A stretch of 64,000 nucleotides of DNA, taken from NCBI GenBank assembly GCA_964566535.1, contig CAZMIO010000001.1:62001-126000 (forward strand). Reading direction: 5' to 3'. The position numbers and the translations under genes were made by a program. Under the pieces are notes generated by a model. The model worked only from the letters and a program-made list of their open reading frames with translations, ran no database searches and had not been told where the DNA came from. The number at the start of each line of letters is the position of its first letter. Within the stretch, counting starts at the first letter, position 1. Source of the DNA: an uncultured Methanosarcinales archaeon (GTDB taxonomy: Archaea; Nanobdellota; Nanobdellia; Woesearchaeales; CAZOXR01). Below, in pieces: positions 1-10,369 of this stretch.

Positions 1-1
1 T

Positions 2-1600
2 GATTTTAGCGAGATGATTGTTAAGGGTGAGAAGGTTAAGGTTGTTGGTATTACTCACATTGATGTGTTTAAGCTGATTGTTAAGACTATGAAGGGTACT
101 TTGGAGACTGATTCTTATAGTTTAGATAATGTTGCTTTTGAATTGTTAGGTGAGAAGAAGGATTCTGTTGATTTAGATAAATTGGCTGATGTTTGGGATA
201 ATGATGTTTCTGGGTTGGGTGAGTATTGTAAGTATAATTTGCAGGATGCTAAGCTTACTTACGACTTATGTAAGAAGTTGCTTCCTACACTGCTTGAGTT
301 GGTTAAGATTGTTGGGTTGTCTATGCATGATGTTAATAGGATGGGTTTTTCGCAGTTGGTTGAGGGTTATTTGTTGAAGCAAGCTTACGATTTTAATGAA
401 ATAGCGCCTAATAAGCCGCATTATACTGAGATTGGTAAGAGACGTATGCAGACATATAAGGGAGGGTTTGTTTTTGAGCCGAAACCTGGTTTGTATGACA
501 ATATTGTTATTTTTGATTATAGAAGTTTGTATCCTTCTATCATTTCTTCTCATAATATTTCTCCTGGTACGTTGAATTGTAGTTGTTGTTCTGGTGATGA
601 GGTTCCTGGTGAGAAGTTTAGGTTTTGTAAGAAGGTTAAGGGTTTTGTTCCTACACTTATTGGTGAGTTGATTACTCGTCGAATGAGAATTAAGGAGATT
701 ATTAAGAAGAAGGATGATAGCTTTCTTAGGGCTAGAGATACTGTTTTGAAACTGCTTGCTAACTCTTTTTATGGTTATTTAGGTTTTTTTGGTGCAAGGT
801 GGTATAGTTTGGAGTGTGCAAAGTCAGTAACTTCTTATGGTAGGGCTTATATCCAGGATGTTATTTCTAAGGCTACGGAGTCTGGTTTTGAGGTTCTGTA
901 TTCGGATACTGATTCGGTTTTTTTGAGTCTTAATGATAAAACTGAAGATGATGCTTTGAAGTTTATTGATAGAGTTAATGTTAAACTGCCTGGCCTTATG
1001 GAGATGGAGTATGAGGGGTTTTATCCTTGCGGACTTTTTGTTTCTGCTAAGGACTCTGGTAGTGGTGCTAAGAAGAAGTATGCTTTGATTACGTCTGAGG
1101 GTAAGTTGAAGATTAAGGGTTTTGAGGCAGTTAGGCGTAATTGGAGTGTGATTGCTAAAGAGGTTCAGGAGAAGGTTTTGCGATTGGTTTTGGCGTCTAA
1201 AGATTCTGCTGCTGCTCTTAAGTATGTTAAGGAAGTTGTTAATGATTTAAGGAAAGGCGAGGTTGAGATTGATAAGTTGATTATTAAAACACAATTGCAG
1301 AAAGAGATTGGTTCGTATGATTCTGTTGGTCCGCATGTTGCGGTTGCAATTAGGATGAAGGAGAAAGGTGAAGAGGTTGCTGTTGGTTCTGTTATCTCTT
1401 ATGTTGTTGGTTCTGGTGCTGGTAGGATTAGGGATAAGGCGGTGTTGCCATCTGATGCTAAGGATTATGATGCAGATTACTATATTAACAATCAAGTAGT
1501 TCCTTCGGTTGAGAAGATACTTGATGTGTTTGGTTATTCTAAAGAAGATATATTGGCTGGGAAGGGGCAGAAGAAGCTTGATGGGTTTTTTAAAAGTTGA
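2..1600 (+). CDS. polB: Family B DNA polymerase, 5'-truncated by the window edge
   Basis: Motifs DYRSLYPS, KLLANSFYGY, YSDTDS, KKKY; C-terminal PIP box QKKLDGFF; frame is open from base 2. Confidence 0.97.
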   Translation, partial: DFSEMIVKGEKVKVVGITHIDVFKLIVKTMKGTLETDSYSLDNVAFELLGEKKDSVDLDKLADVWDNDVSGLGEYCKYNLQDAKLTYDLCKKLLPTLLELVKIVGLSMHDVNRMGFSQLVEGYLLKQAYDFNEIAPNKPHYTEIGKRRMQTYKGGFVFEPKPGLYDNIVIFDYRSLYPSIISSHNISPGTLNCSCCSGDEVPGEKFRFCKKVKGFVPTLIGELITRRMRIKEIIKKKDDSFLRARDTVLKLLANSFYGYLGFFGARWYSLECAKSVTSYGRAYIQDVISKATESGFEVLYSDTDSVFLSLNDKTEDDALKFIDRVNVKLPGLMEMEYEGFYPCGLFVSAKDSGSGAKKKYALITSEGKLKIKGFEAVRRNWSVIAKEVQEKVLRLVLASKDSAAALKYVKEVVNDLRKGEVEIDKLIIKTQLQKEIGSYDSVGPHVAVAIRMKEKGEEVAVGSVISYVVGSGAGRIRDKAVLPSDAKDYDADYYINNQVVPSVEKILDVFGYSKEDILAGKGQKKLDGFFKS

Positions 1601-1644
1601 GTTGAAGAAATAAATAAAAGGACTATTTGTGATTATTATTATTA

Positions 1645-2061
1645 TTATGCTACTATTTCTGGAACAGTGACTACTGAATCTTGTATATGGTGTTTAGGAT
1701 TAATTGGAGCAGAAATCTGCTGGGTAAAGTTCTCTTCACTGGAAAAAATTGGAATAATTTTGTTTCTTAATTTTCCGATAAAATTTAATCGAATTGATAT
1801 GATGTTATTTTTAATTGAAGCTTTGAAATCTCCATGAACTAAGTTATTAAATATTAGTTTTTTAAGACCTGATACTTTTGAAACATCAAAAATTCTGATT
1901 CCAGTAATAAAATTTTCTGTATCAAAATCAATTATAAAATTTTGAAATTCCACTGACATTTTGTAATCCCTATCCCTAATTCTAAAGGTCAGCATATCAT
2001 GCTTATAATCGTATAAAAACTCACCTTTTCCAGAAGCGTTTAAATGTCTTTCTTTATTCAT
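1645..2061 (-). CDS. DUF2283-like protein, putative antitoxin
   Basis: YDYKHDMLTFRI...IIDFDTENFITGIRIFDVSK resembles the DUF2283 pattern (YD..xD.L.I...D.D..G.I.GIEI..AS); overlaps the upstream small gene. Confidence 0.6.
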   Translation of the reverse strand: MNKERHLNASGKGEFLYDYKHDMLTFRIRDRDYKMSVEFQNFIIDFDTENFITGIRIFDVSKVSGLKKLIFNNLVHGDFKASIKNNIISIRLNFIGKLRNKIIPIFSSEENFTQQISAPINPKHHIQDSVVTVPEIVA

Positions 2062-2386
2062 TTTTTATATCCAGTTTAGGTATTTCGAGTATATTAATAA
2101 AAGTTACTATTGTTATTTTTTTATCGTCAACTTCTAGTATTAATTTCAGATAACCTTCAGGTTTACGGTAATATGCGGCGTATCTCCCATTAAATTGTAA
2201 GTATATTTTTCTAGGGCTCTCCTTTTCAATCATGTTAACTAACTCTTCTTCTTTAAATACTTTTCTTTGTTTTTCGCTTAAATGGTCAAGGGCATGGGTA
2301 GAGATGCTATTCTCTTTGTTAGTTAGAATACCTTTAAAATCAACTTTATTAATTTCTTCAATGGGACGTGTTGTATAATTATCCAT
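2054..2386 (-). CDS. DUF4258/RelE-like small protein, putative toxin
   Basis: ISTHALDHL near the N-terminus and ITIVTF at the C-terminus; coupled to the DUF2283-like gene. Confidence 0.5.
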   Translation of the reverse strand: MDNYTTRPIEEINKVDFKGILTNKENSISTHALDHLSEKQRKVFKEEELVNMIEKESPRKIYLQFNGRYAAYYRKPEGYLKLILEVDDKKITIVTFINILEIPKLDIKNE

Positions 2387-2473
2387 TGATGGTGAGTTAT
2401 CGTATGTACCATTTATATATTTCGGTTTTATTAGAGAAAACTTTAAATAAGCGTTGAGTTAAGGATTAGTTAG

Positions 2474-3049
2474 ATGAAAAAAAGAGGTGGGTTTCAACTG
2501 AGTATGAATTTTATTGTTATTATTGTTATTAGTATTGCTATATTGATTCTGAGTATTTCTTTTATATCTAAGATAATGTCTGCTTCAAGGACACAAGTTG
2601 CTGAAGCTGATGCCGCTTCTTCGCAGGAGATTGCTAGGTTGTTGAACTCTGGGCAGGCTGTTGCTGTTTCGCCTACTAATATTGATGGTTCTGGTGTTGT
2701 TGTTTTGGGGATTATGAATGATGGGAGTGTTGATGATGCTGGATTTGATAATAATTTTGGGTTTAGGGTAACTTATGATGATTGTGATGGAGGTTGTGGT
2801 TCTGGTTCCCCCGGTACTTGGGTTTCTAGATCTGGTGCAGATGAAGATGTTTATTTGATCCCTGAGTTTGAATCTGATGAATTTTTAATATCTGTAAATC
2901 CTGAATCTGGTGCTCCAGAAGGGACTTATGTCTTTAATGTTGATGTTAGAAAGGATAATAAACGTCCAGGTAATGAGGAGATTATATATGATGACCTTGA
3001 CAAAGATGAAAAGTACAAATCACTCCTAAAATTCTACGTAAAGATATAA
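2474..3049 (+). CDS. Pilin-like protein with class III signal peptide
   Basis: MKKRG/G-FQLSMNFIVIIVISIAIL: basic N-terminus, Gly cleavage site, hydrophobic helix; TATA box TTTAAATA at ~2442. Confidence 0.7.
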   Translation: MKKRGGFQLSMNFIVIIVISIAILILSISFISKIMSASRTQVAEADAASSQEIARLLNSGQAVAVSPTNIDGSGVVVLGIMNDGSVDDAGFDNNFGFRVTYDDCDGGCGSGSPGTWVSRSGADEDVYLIPEFESDEFLISVNPESGAPEGTYVFNVDVRKDNKRPGNEEIIYDDLDKDEKYKSLLKFYVKI

Positions 3050-3093
3050 TCACACCTAAAAAGTAGTAAAATTTATATATAGGAAGATTATAT

Positions 3094-5172
3094 ATGGTTA
3101 ATAGGATGTTAGAACGTATATTGAATCCACTGAAAAGGGCCGCTGTTATAGGTTTAGGACTGGCTGTAGGAGCTACAGCATTAAACCATATGGCTAAGAG
3201 AAATGAATCATTAGATCTTCTATTGAGTTATTTTGGTGCAACTAATGCACATGCGGCTCAACTAGCTCCTGATACTGGAATACCATTTCCTTCTTTACCA
3301 GGTTTTCCTCAACAAGTGGATGCTGGGGCAATTGTTACTGCTGATTTTGTTGGTGAAGATGGAGAACCTGAGATTTATGCTGGCGGAATGGGAAGATTAT
3401 ATGGGTGGGAAACCGATGGACAACCCATAAACAGTAATCCGGATGGAACTTTTTTCCCGTTGGGGAATAATGCTCCTATTGTAGGTATTCCTGCTATGGG
3501 GGAAATTGCTGATGGGATTAGAGCAATAGTTATCCCTGCTGATCGGCTTTATGTCGTTGGTCCTGATGGGCGAGAGATTCTGGATTCTTTGAGTTATGGT
3601 AATGATTCTACTGCTCCTACAACTATAGCTAGTCTCGATGGAGAAAGGATAAGTATAATTGGTAGTGGGAGAGGACAAAGTTCAATTCATGTTTATGATG
3701 TTCACAATCGTGGGGGAGTGTTAGAAGCAGTTACAAGAACAGGATTTCCAATGGGAGCTACTATGGACTCATCTCCAGCAATTGGACAATTAGATCCAAC
3801 TTCTCCTGAGTTAGAATTGGCATGGGGACAAGGAGATTTAATTCAAGCTGTTAATGCTAATGGAATTCCATTCCCGCCATATCCTATTACAATGATTGAC
3901 AGATATGGCTCAGAAGGTTCACCAGCAGTTGTTGATGTTGGTGGAGTTCAATATCTAATAACTGGAGTAGAAAATGATCTTATCATTTCAGGAAATGGTA
4001 GGGTTATTGAAGCTAACGCTGATGCTGATTTTGCTTCAACTTCACCATCAGTTCTCAAAATGCCAGATGGAACAGCAAGAATTTTTGCTAGTAATTATGA
4101 TGGAGGCACTTGGGGATTTGAATTTGATGGTAATATTATCACTCCACTAGTAGGATTCCCTCAGGAAACACAAGGACGTTTAAGAAGTCGTTCCCCTCTA
4201 ATAGGATATTTTGGAGATGATGGGATTCCAAAAGTTGTTCAAGCAGATGTTGATGGCAATATCTACGCATGGTATGCAGAAGGTGGAATGGAAGGGATTC
4301 CAGTTGCACCGTTCCCAATTGATTTAGGCTCACCAATAAGACATATTGCATTAGGTCATTATACGGGTGTTGATGGATTGCATGCTATATTAGCTGCAAG
4401 TGCTGAAGGAAATGTCCACGCTTTAGATTTAGGGTTAGAATCAAGAGCAAGAGATCATCCATGGCCATCATTCCAATACGATGATGCAAACACTGGTAAT
4501 CCTAATTATCAGGAACCACAAGGACAACCACAAAGAGCATGGGATGTTAATGGTGATAATCTGATAAATATAGTTGATTTAATCTTGGTTGCAAGGGATT
4601 TTGGGAAGATGACAACTGGGGCAGCTGATGTTAGTGGAGACGGCAGAGTTAATATTGTGGATTTAATCTTAGTTGCTCAGCATTTTGGTGAAGTTTATGG
4701 TGCGCCATCAATGAGTGCTAGTGAAAGGGTTCCTCATATATTTGATAATGCTTATGAAAAAGCATTGGTGGTTTGGGGAGAAATAAAGCAAGGAGCTGAT
4801 TATGGCGTTTCAATAGGTGATGTAGAGAGAGCTTTGGAATTGTTTGATAAATTAAGAGATGGATATGTTCCAGAAGACATAACTCCTGCTCAAACAGTAT
4901 TAATGAATAATTATCCAGATCCATTTAATCCTGAAACGTGGATACCTTTCATGTTAGGTGAAGGTGGAAATGTTAGAGTCAGCATTTATAATAGAGGAGG
5001 AAGTTTAGTCAGAACATTAGATTTAGGCCATAGAGAGCCTGGTGTTTATGACAGAAAAGATGAAGCAGCTCATTGGGATGGTAGGAATGAGTTTGGAGAA
5101 AAAGCTGCATCAGGATTATATTTCTACAGATTAAATAATGGACCAACAGGAAGAATGATGTTGGGGAAATAG
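3094..5172 (+). CDS. Secreted protein: FG-GAP/VCBS-like propeller repeats + dockerin-like pair + FlgD-Ig/T9SS-like C-terminal domain
   Basis: SSPAIGQLD and GSPAVVDV repeats; WPSFQYDDANTG; DVNGDNLINIVDL and DVSGDGRVNIVDL; NYPDPFNPETWIPF...WDGRNEFGEKAASGLYFYRL. Confidence 0.8.
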   Translation: MVNRMLERILNPLKRAAVIGLGLAVGATALNHMAKRNESLDLLLSYFGATNAHAAQLAPDTGIPFPSLPGFPQQVDAGAIVTADFVGEDGEPEIYAGGMGRLYGWETDGQPINSNPDGTFFPLGNNAPIVGIPAMGEIADGIRAIVIPADRLYVVGPDGREILDSLSYGNDSTAPTTIASLDGERISIIGSGRGQSSIHVYDVHNRGGVLEAVTRTGFPMGATMDSSPAIGQLDPTSPELELAWGQGDLIQAVNANGIPFPPYPITMIDRYGSEGSPAVVDVGGVQYLITGVENDLIISGNGRVIEANADADFASTSPSVLKMPDGTARIFASNYDGGTWGFEFDGNIITPLVGFPQETQGRLRSRSPLIGYFGDDGIPKVVQADVDGNIYAWYAEGGMEGIPVAPFPIDLGSPIRHIALGHYTGVDGLHAILAASAEGNVHALDLGLESRARDHPWPSFQYDDANTGNPNYQEPQGQPQRAWDVNGDNLINIVDLILVARDFGKMTTGAADVSGDGRVNIVDLILVAQHFGEVYGAPSMSASERVPHIFDNAYEKALVVWGEIKQGADYGVSIGDVERALELFDKLRDGYVPEDITPAQTVLMNNYPDPFNPETWIPFMLGEGGNVRVSIYNRGGSLVRTLDLGHREPGVYDRKDEAAHWDGRNEFGEKAASGLYFYRLNNGPTGRMMLGK

Positions 5173-5208
5173 AAACCTTTAAATAAATTCATCCTAAGAT
5201 TAGATTAA

Positions 5209-5937
5209 ATGAAAATAGAATATATGGATAAGGTTCTTCGGAATATTCTTATTGGTATTGCTGTTGTATTAGTCTTAGTCTTTATCGTAAAAGCGGTTTC
5301 TAAGGAATGTCCAAAAACTTGTGATGATGGAAATATGTGCACTTGGGATTTTTGCAATAAGCAAAAAAATTGTGAACATAAACCATTATCTGGTCCTCAA
5401 GCTGGTTGTACTGGTGAAGTTAGTGAATGTATGGAGATGGGATGTAGTGATAATGAATGTACTGAAGTGCCAATCGGTAATTGTTGTGGAAACAATATCT
5501 GCGAAAAGGCAACTGAGGATGTTGGAAACTGTGAAAAGGACTGTGTCAAACAATTAACTGGGCATTTTCAAGGGGTAAAGCAAACTTTCTGGAATGTAAG
5601 GGGTTTTAGAGTAATATTTGGGCCAGTTGCTCCAGAAGATCCTCAAAATACATGCGCTATTAAGTTTAAAACATCACCTGGAACAGTAGATATCAAGCTA
5701 AATGATCAAGTATTTGAGGATATTGAGACTGGTGAGGGATGGAGTGAACATAAACTGAGTTGTCTAGAATTTAGCGAAGAAGAGAATGATGTTTCAGTAA
5801 CTTCAGAACAGGATATGAAATTCTTCTTAGAAACCATTAATATGGATGATAATGGCGTTGATAAATACACTAGAGATGGAACAAGCTGGATTGATGATAA
5901 TAAGGATATGGCGATAGATATAGTTGAGTATAGGTAA
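5209..5937 (+). CDS. Membrane-anchored cysteine-rich surface protein
   Basis: N-terminal TM helix; CDDGNMCTWDFC and CCGNNICE...NCEKDC motifs. Confidence 0.65.
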   Translation: MKIEYMDKVLRNILIGIAVVLVLVFIVKAVSKECPKTCDDGNMCTWDFCNKQKNCEHKPLSGPQAGCTGEVSECMEMGCSDNECTEVPIGNCCGNNICEKATEDVGNCEKDCVKQLTGHFQGVKQTFWNVRGFRVIFGPVAPEDPQNTCAIKFKTSPGTVDIKLNDQVFEDIETGEGWSEHKLSCLEFSEEENDVSVTSEQDMKFFLETINMDDNGVDKYTRDGTSWIDDNKDMAIDIVEYR

Positions 5938-6008
5938 GATTTTCTAGTTATTACTTCTAAGTTAATATTGAAGATAGATTTATAAATTGATTATAATTCT
6001 TCTGTTGA

Positions 6009-7238
6009 ATGCAATATGAGATACACAGAGGAAAAGACACCCATTGTCAACTATGTGCATTTGAGTGGGGAGATAGGATTACTGCTATCGGAGAACATTA
6101 TAGGCTCAAATTTAATTTAGATGGTGATCTTACTGGTGCTACTACTCCATTCGAAACACCTAACTTAGTTTATACAGCTAGAGGAAGAGTTAATGGTTTC
6201 TTGGCTAGTGCTAATTTAGGTGAGCGTGATTCTACTATTTCGGATGATGCTGATTCATTACGTTCTGGTTATTTTGTGATGGAGATGCCAGAAGAAATGC
6301 GATTATTGTTTGGGAATACTGTGGCTAGAGAGCTTCAAAAATTATGTATGGACAATCCTGATGAAATCTTCTCTAGGGCTTCAGGAAGTAGTAGTAATAC
6401 CCAAAGAAAAAACGCAAGATTAACTGAATTAACAGACACATCTCGTTTAGTTCTTCCAGGAGATACGGTTGAGTCTGCTTATGAGTTATTACCCTTAATA
6501 GTTCAAAGAGGTTGTTATAGTGATTGTCCTGGCTGTGAGATTGGAAGTGAGGTTGGTTACAGAGCAGATGATTCAAGTATTAGAGCACAATTGGATTTTT
6601 TCCATAATGAATATCCATTAACAAGCAGAACTTACAAAGGCCTATTAATGGGAGGAGAAGATCCATTAATGTTAGGTACTGATAGATTGGTGGAAATTAT
6701 GCAAACAGCTGAAGCTGAATTTGGATTAAGCAGAAATCCTACAAGAATTGGACTTGATGGGTTTGGGGATTATGATACAACTGAGGGTTTTGCTTATATG
6801 TTTATGAGTTTTAAATCTATTAAAAGAAAAAGTGTTGAAGATCTAAGAAGATTAAAAGAAGCAGGATTAAGATGGGCAAATATTGGTTTAGAGTCTGCTG
6901 ATCAAAGAATATTGGATGAACATTTTCCAAAACAAACTTTAGATGATGTTACTGAAGGGATTGATAAACTAAATGAAGCAGGAGTTAATTTCTCACTAAA
7001 TGTTATAGCTGGTTTAAGAGAAGGGAATGTGGACCATCTATTGAAAACTTCAGAATTCTTAGGAAGTATGGGTTATGATGGAAGGGTTTTTCTTGCACGT
7101 TTTAAGAGATCAAATGGACTTTATGAGTTAAATAATGAAGAGTTTTTTAGGGAAGCTAGGCAATTTGTAGAAGATTATGAAAAACATCCGGGTGTAGATT
7201 GGAGAGCTGTTAAGGCTTATCCAATGGTTTTCCATTAG
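6009..7238 (+). CDS. Radical SAM protein (divergent)
   Basis: CxxxCxxC (CYSDCPGC), GGEDPL, LKEAGLRWANIGLESAD. Confidence 0.85.
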   Translation: MQYEIHRGKDTHCQLCAFEWGDRITAIGEHYRLKFNLDGDLTGATTPFETPNLVYTARGRVNGFLASANLGERDSTISDDADSLRSGYFVMEMPEEMRLLFGNTVARELQKLCMDNPDEIFSRASGSSSNTQRKNARLTELTDTSRLVLPGDTVESAYELLPLIVQRGCYSDCPGCEIGSEVGYRADDSSIRAQLDFFHNEYPLTSRTYKGLLMGGEDPLMLGTDRLVEIMQTAEAEFGLSRNPTRIGLDGFGDYDTTEGFAYMFMSFKSIKRKSVEDLRRLKEAGLRWANIGLESADQRILDEHFPKQTLDDVTEGIDKLNEAGVNFSLNVIAGLREGNVDHLLKTSEFLGSMGYDGRVFLARFKRSNGLYELNNEEFFREARQFVEDYEKHPGVDWRAVKAYPMVFH

Positions 7239-7307
7239 AAAACGAAAGCTTTAAATAGTACCCTAACATCATCAATTTATAATAATTCTGGTGAATTCTT
7301 AAACAGA

Positions 7308-7952
7308 ATGGTAGAAGCTAAAAACATAATGAAGACTGGTACAACAACAGTTGCTATTAAGTGTAGTGATGGTGTTGTTCTTGCTGCAGATAAGAGAGCT
7401 ACAGCAGGATACTTAGTTGCAAACAAAAAGGTAGAGAAAATAGTTAAGATTACTGACAATCTTGCTGTTACTACTGCTGGAACTGTTTCTGATATTCAAC
7501 TATTAATTAAGTTAATTAGAGCTGAATTGAAGCTAAAAAGTATAAGAATAAACAGAGATTTAAGTGTTAAAGAGGCCGTTAGTTTACTTTCAAATATGGT
7601 ATACAATAATATAAGGAAATTTAGTACAATTCCTGGAATATCTCACTTTATTGTTGGTGGAAAGGATGAGAAGGGAAGTCACGCTTATGATGTTGGGGCA
7701 GATGGTTCTGTTTCTGAAGTAGATGATTATGTTTCTTCAGGTTCTGGTTCTGTAATGGCATATGGAGTTCTTGAAACACTATATAAAAAAGATATGTCTG
7801 TTGATGAGGCTATTAAATTGGGTGTAAAAGCAGTAAATGCTGCTGTACAGAGAGATATTGCATCTGGTAATGGAATAGATGTTGTAGCCATAACAAAAGA
7901 TGGTTTAAAGAAAGTATTTAGTAAAGAGTTAGATATGACTATAAGTATGTAG
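7308..7952 (+). CDS. psmB: Proteasome beta subunit
   Basis: Propeptide then KTG/TTTVAI, AADKRAT, SGSGS, RDIASG. Confidence 0.97.
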   Translation: MVEAKNIMKTGTTTVAIKCSDGVVLAADKRATAGYLVANKKVEKIVKITDNLAVTTAGTVSDIQLLIKLIRAELKLKSIRINRDLSVKEAVSLLSNMVYNNIRKFSTIPGISHFIVGGKDEKGSHAYDVGADGSVSEVDDYVSSGSGSVMAYGVLETLYKKDMSVDEAIKLGVKAVNAAVQRDIASGNGIDVVAITKDGLKKVFSKELDMTISM

Positions 7953-7994
7953 GAGTTATTCTGAAAAACTAAAATATTCTTAGGAACTAGTTAA

Positions 7995-9890
7995 ATGAGC
8001 CAAATAATTAAAACAATTTTGAAGCACATACCTGATAACAAAGTTAGCGATGCAGGTTTTGAGGGTGCAAACATTGTTCTTTATACTAAAGATAAAGACT
8101 TTTTCTTAGATAATGGTGGATTAATCAAGAAAATAGTTGACGATATTAAGAAAAGAGTAGAGTTGCGGCCTGATCCTTCGATTACTATGGATATGGAGAA
8201 GGCTGAAAAAGAGATGAAGAAGATTATTCCTAAGGAAGCTAAGATTGATAAGATATTGTTTGATCCTCAGAGAAGCAGAGTTGTGATTGAGGCGGAAAAG
8301 CCTGGTCTTGCTATTGGTAAACAGGGTGCTTTTTTGAGGGAAATTAGGACAAAAACTATGTGGATACCTTTGATTAGGAGAACTCCTGCTATTAAATCTA
8401 AGTTAATTGATAATGTACGGGCAGTTTTGTACCAACATTCTGATTATAGGAGAAAATTCCTAGATAAAGTAGGTCATAGAATTTATGACGGCTGGATAAG
8501 GGAGAAGAAGAATGAGTGGATTAGAGTAAGTTATTTAGGTGGAGGAAGACAAGTTGGTAGAAGTTGTTTATTTTTACAAACACCTGAATCTAGGGTTTTA
8601 CTAGATTGTGGAGTAAATATTGCTACATCTGGGACTGATGCTTATCCAATGTTAGAGGCTCCTGAATTTAACATAAATGACCTTGATGCTGTAGTTATTA
8701 CTCATAGTCATTTAGATCATTCTGGTTTTGTACCTTACTTGTTTAAGTTTGGTTACAGAGGACCTGTTTATTGTACTGCTCCAACAAGAGATGTTATGGC
8801 TTTGTTGCAATTAGATCTAATTAAGATTGCTAAGAATGAAGGTAAGGAACCAATTTATACTGCTGATGATGTTAAGGAGATGGTTAAGCATACTATTTGT
8901 TTGGAGTATGATGAAGTTAGTGATATTACTCCTGATGTAAGGATGACTTTGTACAATGCAGGACATATTTTAGGTTCTGCTATGACTCACTTGCACATTG
9001 GAAATGGTTTGCACAATATGTTGTATACTGCTGATATGAAATATGCAAGAACTCAGTTATTAGAGCCTGCTGTTACACAATTTCCAAGGTTAGAAACTTT
9101 AATGTTAGAAAGTACTTATGGTGGGAAGGATAATGTCCTACCTCCACGAAAAGAACAAGAAGAACAGTTGAGGACAGTAATTGCTGATACTATGAAGAAG
9201 AAAGGTAAAGTGCTTATTCCGGTTTTAGGATCTGGAAGAGCTCAAGAAGTTGTTGTTCTTATTGAGAATATGGTGAGAACCGGTCTTTTAGATAAAGTTC
9301 CTGTATTTATTGATGGTATGGTATGGGATATTACAGCTATACATACTGCTTATCCTGAGTATTTGAACAATACTGTTCGGAAATTAATCTTTCATAAAGA
9401 TCAGAATCCATTTTTATCACCTATCTTTTCAAGAGTTGGAAGTAAGAAGGAAAGGAAAGAAGTAATTGAAGATACTGGTTCTTGTGTTATCTTAGCAACA
9501 TCTGGTATGTTGGTTGGAGGACCGTCTGTTGAGTATCTTAGGCAATTATGTGATAATCCAAATAATTCATTAGTTTTTGTTTGTTATCAGGGAGAAGGTT
9601 CTTTAGGTAGAAGAATTCAACGTGGTGAGAAAGAAATTAATTTTGGTTCTGCTGCTAAGCCTGAGATAAGTCCTATTAATATGAATGTTACAACTCTTGA
9701 AGGTTTTTCAGGTCACTCTGGAAGGCAAGAGCTTATGAACTTTGTTTACAAATGTCAACCTAGACCTAAGAAGATTATTTTGAATCACGGTGAGAATTCT
9801 AGATGTTTGGATTTGGCTTCTTCTTTGCATAAGGCTTGTAGGGTTGAGACTACTGCTCCTCGGAATTTAGATAGTTTGAGAATAAGATAG
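7995..9890 (+). CDS. fttA: beta-CASP ribonuclease aCPSF1 (transcription termination factor FttA)
   Basis: N-terminal KH domains, THSHLDH, AGHILGSA, GFSGHS; conserved position after psmB. Confidence 0.96.
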   Translation: MSQIIKTILKHIPDNKVSDAGFEGANIVLYTKDKDFFLDNGGLIKKIVDDIKKRVELRPDPSITMDMEKAEKEMKKIIPKEAKIDKILFDPQRSRVVIEAEKPGLAIGKQGAFLREIRTKTMWIPLIRRTPAIKSKLIDNVRAVLYQHSDYRRKFLDKVGHRIYDGWIREKKNEWIRVSYLGGGRQVGRSCLFLQTPESRVLLDCGVNIATSGTDAYPMLEAPEFNINDLDAVVITHSHLDHSGFVPYLFKFGYRGPVYCTAPTRDVMALLQLDLIKIAKNEGKEPIYTADDVKEMVKHTICLEYDEVSDITPDVRMTLYNAGHILGSAMTHLHIGNGLHNMLYTADMKYARTQLLEPAVTQFPRLETLMLESTYGGKDNVLPPRKEQEEQLRTVIADTMKKKGKVLIPVLGSGRAQEVVVLIENMVRTGLLDKVPVFIDGMVWDITAIHTAYPEYLNNTVRKLIFHKDQNPFLSPIFSRVGSKKERKEVIEDTGSCVILATSGMLVGGPSVEYLRQLCDNPNNSLVFVCYQGEGSLGRRIQRGEKEINFGSAAKPEISPINMNVTTLEGFSGHSGRQELMNFVYKCQPRPKKIILNHGENSRCLDLASSLHKACRVETTAPRNLDSLRIR

Positions 9891-9892
9891 GG

Positions 9893-10321
9893 TTAATAGC
9901 TAAGTTTGGGAGTTTCTGGCATTTCTAGTGTTTTTCTTTCTAAAGTATACGTTCTTGAAAGTCTTTCTAATGCTCCTTCAATCAGATCATCATTAACTGC
10001 TAGATTTAATACATGTCTGATATCACTATCACCGAATAATTGATGTTTAATTAACCTTTCAAGTTCCCCTACTACAAGGTCGACTGTTGCCCCAGTTCCT
10101 ATTAATATGCCCGGTGCCCTATCTCCTTCAGTTACAACTTCAATATCTGTTGGTGATGTTGTAACGTATGGATGTGAAAAATCGGTATAAAGTCTTTTGC
10201 AGTCTTCATGTATTTCATGTTGGAGCAATCGTTCTGCACCACCGCTAATATATGGTGCATTCATTAGACGTAGAATTTGAGCTGCATATTCTGGGTCAAC
10301 ATCAACAATTTGTAATTTCAT
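9893..10321 (-). CDS. Hypothetical protein
   Basis: 142-aa ORF with a TATA box ~25 nt upstream; no family recognised. Confidence 0.55.
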   Translation of the reverse strand: MKLQIVDVDPEYAAQILRLMNAPYISGGAERLLQHEIHEDCKRLYTDFSHPYVTTSPTDIEVVTEGDRAPGILIGTGATVDLVVGELERLIKHQLFGDSDIRHVLNLAVNDDLIEGALERLSRTYTLERKTLEMPETPKLSY

Positions 10322-10369
10322 TTAAGGTGAGGATTTGGATCAATTTAAATATTTATTTGTTTACTTCGA

